DNA of 61,979 nucleotides. It comes from a virus (lineage: Duplodnaviria; Caudoviricetes). Under the pieces are notes generated by a model. That model worked only from the letters and a program-made list of their open reading frames with translations, did not search any database and was not told the DNA's origin. Of this stretch, positions 53,169 through 61,979 are shown piece after piece. The stretch lies in the IMG/VR virus record IMGVR_UViG_3300021062_000015, positions 1 to 61,979 of that record; one strand, given 5' to 3'. A program made the translations under genes and the position numbers. Within the stretch, counting starts at the first letter, position 1. Each line of letters begins with the position of its first letter.

Positions 53169-56100
53169 TGGCTGCCGATCCTATTATTTTGTGGCCCGTA
53201 ATCACTCCTGAAGAGATTTGGAAGGATTGCGAGGAATGGGTTAAGCGAAAAGGCGGCCTTTCCGATGATAACCCGAATCAAATGATGGCGGCAGCGGGAG
53301 CTGATCCCGGAATATGTTCTTGCCCGAATTGCCACGAGCACCATTGGAGCTATGGGAGGATTCATAAGTGCCCTACCTGTAGCTTTATCTATCCCTCGGA
53401 TTGGTGGCCTATGTATGCCTATGGGTGTTCTTCAGGGAGAGGCAGGCTTAGCTTCGAACACATAGATGAGAGGCGGAGAGGGCATCCTTATTGGAAGTAT
53501 GGATTTGAGCATCCTGTGGAAGACGCTTGGGAAACTCACGATAAGCTACCTTGGAAGGAATTGATTGGAGATTGCTATATCTTCGGAGGAGATTTTTCCA
53601 CGGCAACGGATTATCTGCCTTTAATTCAGGAAGCCACCAAACGAGAGAAGACCTTATGACACCTAGAACGAAAAAGAATCCCAATAAGAAAGTTAAGCAA
53701 GTCCGATTACCTTCCAAGCCCTCTGCCCTGATCCGATTAGCCTTAAGTGATTTGAGGAAGGTGGAGAAGGATAAGAGGTACAAGGTTAATATGAGATTTT
53801 GGCATCTCCCCATCAGCGTACGGAGGTGTAACGTTTGTTTAGCGGGGGCGGTAATAGCTCAAACGTTAGAAGCTTTTCCACAGCAAAGTATTTCTCCCGG
53901 ACTGCTGCCTTACAGTAAGAGATCTAGGTTGAGGGCCTTGGATTGTTTTCGGCAGGGTCATTGCGGGGCAGCTTTTACTTGGTTGGGATTAAGGAAGGGG
54001 GACGGGAAGAGGTTTGGGCGAAATATATGTGATTACAGCCGGGACTCTCAATCCTTCCACTCCGACATGTCCCGCCTCGCCGACGACTTAGAGAGGGAGG
54101 GGTACTAAAATATGAAGGTATTATGTGCCGCAATCGCTCTTACGTTGCTTGTCGGTTACACCGCGCTCGCAAAAACGCAATACGTGCCCGGATGGAGTAC
54201 TATTCCGGGTTTGAGAGTTGAGAGGGAAGACTATCAAGAAAAGAGGGAGCTAGCTGAGAAGTTTCTCAGTGCTGTGATTATTGCCGACAACATTAAGCCC
54301 AACAAGATTCCGAAGCTTTTAAAGGAAGATCGAATGGTTCAGGTCCGCCTTGCTTGGCATTACGCTGAAGAGTTCCTTGATCGAGGAGAGAATTATAGAT
54401 GGAAATTTAATGAAGAGGTTGATTCTCCCACTCCTCCCAATGAAACCAACCGAAAGCCAACTCCATGACCTCACAAAACACAACAACTGCCAAACAGGCT
54501 TTTGAGACGCTTACTCAAGTCATGCGTGAAGATCCGTATTATGCGTGGGTGTGGCATTCTAATATCATGATGCCCATTTACGATGGAGCGAAAGGAAAGC
54601 TGACTATCGAAGAAGCCGAGAAGATCTCCAAAGATCTCATGAGACATCTATTTGAAATAAGAGAAGTAAAGTTTCCAAACGAAATATAACCCCATGACAC
54701 CCAAAGACATTACGACTCCCCAAGAAGTTGCTGCCAAGCCGAACTTAGAGGAGATAAGGGCGCGACTTCAGCGCTTGAAGGAATATCGCGAGAAGCGAAG
54801 GAAAGCGGCTGAATCTTCTGATCCGGGAAGTAAGCACGCATGCACTCAAGCGATTGCAGCTCTCCCTCTCGAAGCCGACATAGAAGCGCTGATTGATATG
54901 GTGGAGGATGCCAAGGAGCGGATCGAGGGGGCATTGCAATGGTTTTCAGAAGATGATTTGGAAGCAGTCCGAGTGAATCTTGGAGGGGATGCGGCTAGGG
55001 ATTTCGGTTACGCTGTTAACAGACTAAGAGCGACTATTGAGTTTCTTTCCACCTCTCCAACAAGTGGGGGGACGAAGTGAGCGAAGTAAAAATAAGCTAT
55101 GTTGTGCAATGGCGCTCTCGAAATGGCTGCCTTATCGAGATGGAGTTTAAACGCCTAAAGGACGCCCGAAAAGAACAGCGGAAGCATAAGGATGCTGAGA
55201 TCTACGAATTAACCCGCATCCTCTAACAACTCACAAGGAATGATATGAAGACAAAAAAAGTAGAACTGTTTATGGATATTTACCCCGGATGGCAAGATGC
55301 GCCTGAGCCATACCTGTGCGCCTACTCAAGTCCGGGAATGAGTGTAAAGGCTCTTGATGCCAAGCGAATTAAAATCACAGTCGAATTACCTATCTTCGGT
55401 GGAAAGGCTGATACCGACTTAGAGACAGGCTCTGTAAGCGAAGAGGTTAAGGAGGGTTTTAAGCCATAAACCATTTCGTTGATGTCGCCAATATGGTCCA
55501 AATGAAAGAAAATGTATGAATCCCCCTAACGACGTTACAACTCCCCCTCCTTTAACTTCTCAGGAGATAGAGAGATTGAGAGAGCTACTAGGCATAGGCT
55601 TGGTTGATGGATGGGTAATATCTGATGAGGAAACAATCCGCTCCCTCCTCCCCCGCCTCTTAGCTGAGCTGAGTCAGGAGAAGGAGTGGCATGCCGTTAT
55701 GTCTAAGATTGCTTCAGATAATCAGGTGAGAAACGCTTATTTATTAGACACCCTTGAAGGGGTGGAGAAAATAAATTCAGATCTCGCAAAGGAGCTAGAG
55801 GGATACAAGCAACGAGTGGTGGAGATTGCAAAAGAAGGCGAAACGATTCTCCAACAAAATCAGTCCCTTTCCGAACAAGTGAAAGCACTTGAGAAGGAGA
55901 ATACAGACATTTCCGACAAACTGATAAGAGAGCGTGTTAGGAGTGGGGATTTACAGGAGGGATTGAAATACTATCAATTCAAGCTCCAATCACTTGAAGC
56001 AAGCGCGGGGGAGATGAGGCAGTTCATTCAGTGGATGCATGACGTTCAACTCTCGGATCACGTCATCGATCAGGACAAGCTTCATGCGCGAATAGACAGA

Positions 56101-59100
56101 TTACTCTCCTCCGACGCAGGGAAGGGGCTGCTAAGCGAGTTAGGGGAACTGAGGAGAGAGAATGCGAAGCTGAAAGAGGAGATTCTTGAGGCGCAAAAAG
56201 CAGAAGAAGCAGCCCTCAACATGGAACTTGGACCTCCGCTTTCGGGGAAGGAAATATTTATTCAGGCGTGTGAGTCGCTAAAAACCCGAGAGGTTCAACA
56301 CGCTCCATCTCTACAGCAAGAAATCAACTCCCTCTCAAATTCCGAGACGAAGAAGGAGGGTGTATGAATCTTGCCGATTTGATGGCGGCCTACTCTCAGG
56401 CGAGAAGGATTGGACAGATCATCCAACGGCACGACCCTAGCGGGACGATGCGGAAGGCTTCGAATGGCAAGCAACACGACTTAATCAAGAAGATGGACGA
56501 CTCCGAGCTTGCTGAATTGTTTTCATACATCGAGAGGACGGATGAAATGATATGTGACTTTGGCAGGTCTTATGACGTGAAACTCTCCCAAAATTGCGGG
56601 GCTAGACAGGAAGAGAGGAAGGAGAAATGAGCAACGAACCTATAAAGCTTTGCCTGCCCAAGAAGCTTCTTAATAAAAAGAAGACTCAAGCTCAGCGCCT
56701 CCAAGAAGCTGAAAAATTGATTGAAGTCATGAAGGAGGCTTTGGATAGCTGCTGTCATGTTTATGGACAGTATTGGGTCAATGAAGAAGCAGTCAAGGCC
56801 GCCCTCGCCGCTCACAAGAAATGGAAGGAAGGCAAGGAATGAAAGCAGCAGTTACTCTAATTCTGATATTTCTCATATCAACATTTCCCGTATTCCTTTT
56901 GTGTTGCAAGTTCGAGGGGTGGAAGGTTGCCGCTACGGTATTCGCCCTAACCTTAGCGACTGTTAGTTGGATTGCCTTCTCAATTTTGCTTGTGGAGGCA
57001 TTAATAGGACAATGACCCATTTTATGCGAGAGCAACGAAACCAATTAAGTGTGGCAGGATGGCGCTACGAAAAGGAGATATCCTTAGGCGATGCTATCCG
57101 TAACAAGCGTGCGATTGGAAAGTCAGAGAGTGGAGATATCCACCACATAAGAACCTGCAACTGTGCCGACGCCACGCTCTCGCAGAAACTTTGAAAGGAA
57201 TGAAATGACAACTGAAACGATAGACAAACTATATTTAGAATTATCCCAATTCACTACAGCTAAAACAAAGCGTGAGCTTGCACTGTATGAAGCGGTAAGC
57301 CTTCTCAATTCGATGGTGGAATCGGGAGAGAGCCATTCAAAGCAATCCCGTGAGGTTGTAAATCGAGCCTTAAACTTTGGATACGCAAGCGACCAAGAGC
57401 GAATGACATTACCATGAAACAACCACAACTCCCAAAAAAGTCGGGTGCTACGCGGAAGAGTGTAAGGGTTCCTGAACCTCTATGGCCTGAATGGTGGGCA
57501 GCAATCCATCCTCGTGGCGGAGTGCTTCAAGTTAGTCCCACAAGATATGGGCTTCGGATGTATGAGAGATGTAGTGACGCTAAGAAAATCCGTATCGTTA
57601 GAGTGAAAGTTGAGGAATTATGACATCGAAACAGCGAATCAAGAAGGTGAAGGGATTATCTCTCGAAGAACACAAGACTTTGCATGTAATTCTTCAGAAT
57701 TGGCATCATCGAAACAATATAGAGATTCAATTTGTGCAACCGATTCAAGTTTTCAACTCAATCCCTTCTGAGGTTAATGTTGGATATCATAGTGCTATGG
57801 TTAAAGATTTAGTGAGCCTTGTAAGAAAACTCCATAAAAAGTTGTCGCTGCCCCGCTCAGCAAGGAAGGGGAGGAAATGACGCAGGACGATAAGCTAAAA
57901 GCGGTAATTGATTGGTATGAAGCTAATACTCAATTCAAGAAGCAGCTTCAGCGATACAAGGAGGAGGCTACCTTTTGGCAAGGCAAGTACCGCATTGTGA
58001 AGCAGGAGAATAACGCCTTAAGGAAGAAGCTTTATCCGAAGAAATGCTAACACCTATGACACCGAAAACGAAGCTTAAGCCCTTTTATCACAAGCTTTCT
58101 CAGAAGGAGCAAGTGAAGGTGCGTGAGAGTAGGATCACGATAGGGCAATTCAGGAAGAGATATCGTCAACCCTCTTGGTGCGATCACCCCGATGCTCTTG
58201 CGGGATTCTTAGGGTGTTGGTCTTTATTGGAGCTTCCGACTGTCATCCACGCCAAGAAAGATTGCATGAGATGTGAGTTTTGTAAGGGCGGCAAATATAC
58301 AAATAAAATCTATGAATAGAGAAGTCCCATACGACCCCGAAGCAGTCTGCGACATCTGCGGAAAGAAAGGTGCGCATGACTATTTAGGTGATAACATCTG
58401 TTACGATTGCACCTCTCCAATAGCTCCCCCTAAAACGAAAGACATAAGTTTTGCGGAGTGGTGGAAGGTAATGTGCTTAGTTAGCGTTCCTAGTGAAGGA
58501 GGTAGAGATTTCGCAGAAGCAGCTTGGGGGTATCGGTTAGCTAGGTTTAATGAAATGCGAGAGTTTTATACGCAGCAAATCCGTGAGCTAGCAGACGAGA
58601 ATGGGAGGCTGAGGGGGGAAATGTTGGAACTCAGGAAGTCACGCATAGACATTATGAAGGAGAACGGGAAATGGCGTCAGGCTTGGTATGATGAATGCAT
58701 GAGAAGGGCTGAAATGGAGAGAGAGGTGGAGAGGTTGAAGGAGTCTGCAACATCCCCAAAAGTTTCGCCACAAGAGAAAGAGAAGTGAATGAAGCTATGT
58801 AAAGACTGTAAACACTTCGGATTTGTAAGATGGGACGGCAACGTCTGTTTAAAGACATCCAAGAACTACACAGAACTAAATTTGGTCACAGGAGATAAGC
58901 AAGTGGGTCAGCAAACCTGTTCCGAGCAAAGGCATAACGTAGTAGCTGAGAATGTATGTGGGCCGCAAGGAAGATGGTGGGAGAGGAAGGAATGAAAGAC
59001 TTCATGCAATACCTAGGGTGCGGCTGTCTCATCCTCTGCTTGGGAAGCGCAGGTGGTATCAACTGCCTCATCAAAGCTGTAGCCACTCGAATCGAGAAAG

Positions 59101-59959
59101 AGCCAACCTCCCCCACGATTCAGAAGATCATCGAAGTGGATCGAATGACTCCCGAGGAGAGGAAGAAATTTAAAGTTTGGAGAACTATAACAATTCCAGT
59201 GGAGGAGAAAGAATGAGCGAACTATTCCAAGGCGAAGAAAAATGTCCCGATTGTGGCTTTCCATTCGAGAGGCAGGAGCAAACCTTCTACGTCAAAGGCA
59301 AATTCTACCCCGGCCTAGTCTGCACGGCTTGCTGTACCTTGCGAGAAGATCCTAAACAACCCATCCTTCCACAACCAAACCAATGAACAAACCACCCCCA
59401 GATCAACGTCGAGACCTCATTAACCTGGCTGTCCTCCTAATCAAGGAACTGGAGATCGCCAAAAAGATCCTCAAGAAACATGGCCTGGAGAAAGAATTTC
59501 AAAGAGCCCTGAAGAAGAAAGCTAAATCATGATCACACTTTGGGACGACTGTCCGCGATGCGATGGAGGTGGAGAGGTTTGGGAGAACGGTTTCAAAACT
59601 TGCCCAGAATGCAAAGGCACGAGAATTAAGCCCAACAGCATGGGAGAGGACATCCTATTCCTCATGGAATATTATCTCAAAACACGCACTCCCAAAGAAA
59701 AGAAGGATCTTGGATTATGAGCGATGCCGCCCACGACGAATTTGAGAAAGACTTCGAGATGGTCAAAAAAGCCACCACCTCACTAGGTGAGCATTTCGAC
59801 TCCGTCCAGATCTTCGTCACAAGATACAGCAGTCAGGATCGCACTCTGAATGGCTCCTGGGGAGAAGGCAACTGGTTCTCCAGATACGGCCTAGTCCGAG
59901 AATGGCTTATCTCTGAAGAGGAACGCACCAAAGAAAAACAACGCGATCGATCTATATGA
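53165..59959 (+). other. Dense array of ~20 small early accessory ORFs (e.g. 53165-53659, 53656-54108, 54112-54468, 54465-54689, 54694-55080, 55245-55469, 55516-56367 coiled coil, 56364-56630, 56627-56842, 57414-57623, 57620-57880, 58044-58319, 58312-58788, 58789-58995, 58992-59216, 59529-59720, 59717-59959)
   Basis: All plus strand, mostly ATGA-coupled, many with CxxC; no function recognisable. Confidence 0.6.
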
Positions 59960-60246
59960 AGTCACTTAAGTCCAAACAACTCCCACCCATACACCCAGGC
60001 GAAGTCCTCCTAGAAGACTTCCTTAAACCCATGGGAGTTACCCGTTACCGCTTCGCCAAACAAAGCGGCATCTCCTTCCGTGCTCTGGGAGACATCGTCC
60101 GGAAGAAGTCAGGCGTAGGCATCACCACTGGCTTTCGTTTAGCCAAAGCTACCAAAACCAGCCCCTTGCTTTGGTTCAACTTACAGCATCAGTACAACGA
60201 AGAAATGAAACGCCTTTATCCACTCACCAAACCACCCAAGCCATGA
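59956..60246 (+). CDS. higA: HigA-family antitoxin-like HTH protein
   Basis: PPIHPGEVLLEDFLKPMG...RLAKA..TSPLLWFNLQ..Y. Confidence 0.85.
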   Translation: MKSLKSKQLPPIHPGEVLLEDFLKPMGVTRYRFAKQSGISFRALGDIVRKKSGVGITTGFRLAKATKTSPLLWFNLQHQYNEEMKRLYPLTKPPKP

Positions 60247-61336
60247 CCTACCACGAATTTCACGATCAAGTTTACTGCGAAGAGATGCGCCGAAGAAAAG
60301 GTCTTCCGAATGGATCCATCCAATGGAAAGGCACAGACGTGTGTATCGATCTTAACTGTCGATGTGGTGCCGACTTTCACTTCGATGGAGACTTCCTCTA
60401 TTTCGTCCAATGTCCTTACTGCAAAGAAATCTTTGCTGTTGGAACCGTCGTCGATCTCATTCCACTCACACCGGAGCAACTCGCATTCATTCAAGAGGAT
60501 CGCCCCAACCTCATCAAAACCCCAGAAAAATGCCCATGGGATTAAATATGACCTCCTACCAACGCCAAAAGCAACAAATCGAATACTGGAAACAAGTTGC
60601 TAAAAACATGCATCACATCGCCACTGAGCTTGAGAAGCAAATGAAACAAGCTGGCATTCCACCGAAGCCCATCATCGATCTGGGGCTCAAAGGAAGTGAT
60701 TTTATCATGCCATGGGAAGGGCGACTCAACCTCTCGTCCGTCGTTCCAAGAATGAGCTTTGAATGAAAACCAAGATTGATCCAGAAGTTCCGCCACATCG
60801 CAAACGCATCAGTAAGGCGAGAAAACTCTTCGCTATCGAATCGCGCCATCACGAACCCAAAGGCGGAAGTCCTGGCCCATGGATGGATTTCCTCTATAAG
60901 TGGAGTAGCCATTCCAAATACCATACAAGAGAACAGCGCGATCAAGCCTTGGCCGACCTAAGAAAAGGCCAGCGCCAATGGATGGAATTTCGCCCCATTG
61001 ATTTAAAGTCCATGTAAGTCCACTCCCATGACCACACCCAACGAAGAGGAAAGGTTAAGAGATGAGATTAGATCCCTACATCAACTCATTGAAATCAAAC
61101 GCGATAAGTACGGTTGGCCTGTGGATCATAAACCTGTGGCCACGAATGCAGGCACGCTCATGGACGCCAATATTAATTGGGAGAGTGGGCAGGTTCTTCT
61201 CTCGACACCGTTCGGGATATCAACATTTCAAATTCAAAAGATGCACATCAAAGATCTCATAAACCTCATCAACTGCTTCAGGCTGAAACTTCAGTACCCA
61301 TCCAATTCTGCGCCCACGACCCCTAATTCCCCATGA
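60243..61336 (+). other. Small early ORFs (60243-60545, 60548-60766, 60763-61017, 61028-61336)
   Basis: Tightly packed or coupled plus-strand ORFs. Confidence 0.6.
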
Positions 61337-61749
61337 ACCCCCAACACATCGACAAACTCCAACCTGGCCCAGAACTAGACGCCCTCGTGGCAGAGAAAGT
61401 GATGGGGTGGAAGGTTGTTGAGATTCATGAGCCTAGTGGCCGGAAAGTCATGAGGTGGCTTTCAGACCATGGGGAAGGACTTGGGATGTACGGTGTCGAC
61501 GATTGGACCCCAAGCAGCGACATCACCCTAGCCTGGGAAGTCGTTGAGAAAATCCACAACCACGGCGAGTCATTCAAACCTTTAAGCCTCTCTCGGGCTA
61601 CGGGGCTCGGCGAGCCATTCTCCAAATTCCTCTGGGAAGCCACCTTCAGAATGTATCCCGCGATTTGTTACGCCACCGCCGAGACCGCTCCTCACGCCAT
61701 TTGCCTCGCTGCCTTAAAAGCCACCCTCAATCAAACTTCCTCAAAATAA
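61333..61749 (+). CDS. Phage ABA-sandwich domain protein
   Basis: GPELDALVAEKVMGW...PSSDITLAWEVVEK...AETAPHAICLAALKA. Confidence 0.8.
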   Translation: MNPQHIDKLQPGPELDALVAEKVMGWKVVEIHEPSGRKVMRWLSDHGEGLGMYGVDDWTPSSDITLAWEVVEKIHNHGESFKPLSLSRATGLGEPFSKFLWEATFRMYPAICYATAETAPHAICLAALKATLNQTSSK

Positions 61750-61979
61750 TGTCTCGTTCCAACAAAATCTCCCAATCCTGGCTTTCAAGATCGTATTGGA
61801 AGACCTCTTTCGTCTTCTTATTGAGGATGATCAGGATTTCAGCCAAGGGGCTCCCAATAGGTCGATCCCCCACTTCGCTGGGGACAGAGATCGGTTTATC
61901 GTCGATCGTCATTTCAAGATGGTCGAGAGAGACGCCATTACGTTTAATGATTTCTTCGGCTAGTTCGATGTCAGGTTCG
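61727..61979 (-). CDS. 3' part of the junction-spanning hypothetical protein
   Basis: Open frame from the window end to TGA at 61727. Confidence 0.65.
   Translation of the reverse strand, partial: EPDIELAEEIIKRNGVSLDHLEMTIDDKPISVPSEVGDRPIGSPLAEILIILNKKTKEVFQYDLESQDWEILLERDIILRKFD
61854..61979. repeat. Terminal direct repeat (right copy)
   Basis: Identical to 6-131. Confidence 0.95.

Overview
The window looks like a complete, circularly closed genome (~61.85 kb) of a temperate, podovirus-like dsDNA phage in its excised state. Bases 6-131 are repeated at 61854-61979, a minus-strand gene reads through the junction, and an intact attP (3' half of tRNA-Val(GAC) flanked by GTATCACAA arm repeats) lies beside a tyrosine integrase. 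The minus strand from ~36.7 kb to 2.1 kb is the late operon: terS, terL, portal, scaffold, N4-gp56-like capsid, lysis cassette, tail adaptor/nozzle, ejection proteins and a 3067-aa polyvalent protein. The plus strand from ~39.2 kb round to 0.8 kb is the early operon: recombination, replication with a 22-bp iteron origin, DnaB, SSB, RNA ligase, ~45 small genes and xis. A repressor/accessory block lies between them. A Verrucomicrobiota/PVC host is inferred only from sequence style. The most unusual observations are: (1) the giant gene hides three nested transcription units, each with its own sigma70-type promoter: two +1-frame small ORFs at the front of a kinase domain and a peptidase-like domain (candidate built-in immunity genes), and an antisense HNH endonuclease inserted without breaking the host frame; (2) an O-antigen-ligase/O-oligosaccharyltransferase-like gene is translationally coupled between terL and portal, alongside four signal-peptide-bearing virion-type proteins, three of them Thr-Asn-rich, suggesting periplasmic glycosylation of virion parts; (3) a RusA resolvase appears split across two overlapping frames. 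All product calls come from motifs recognised by eye; no database searches were run.
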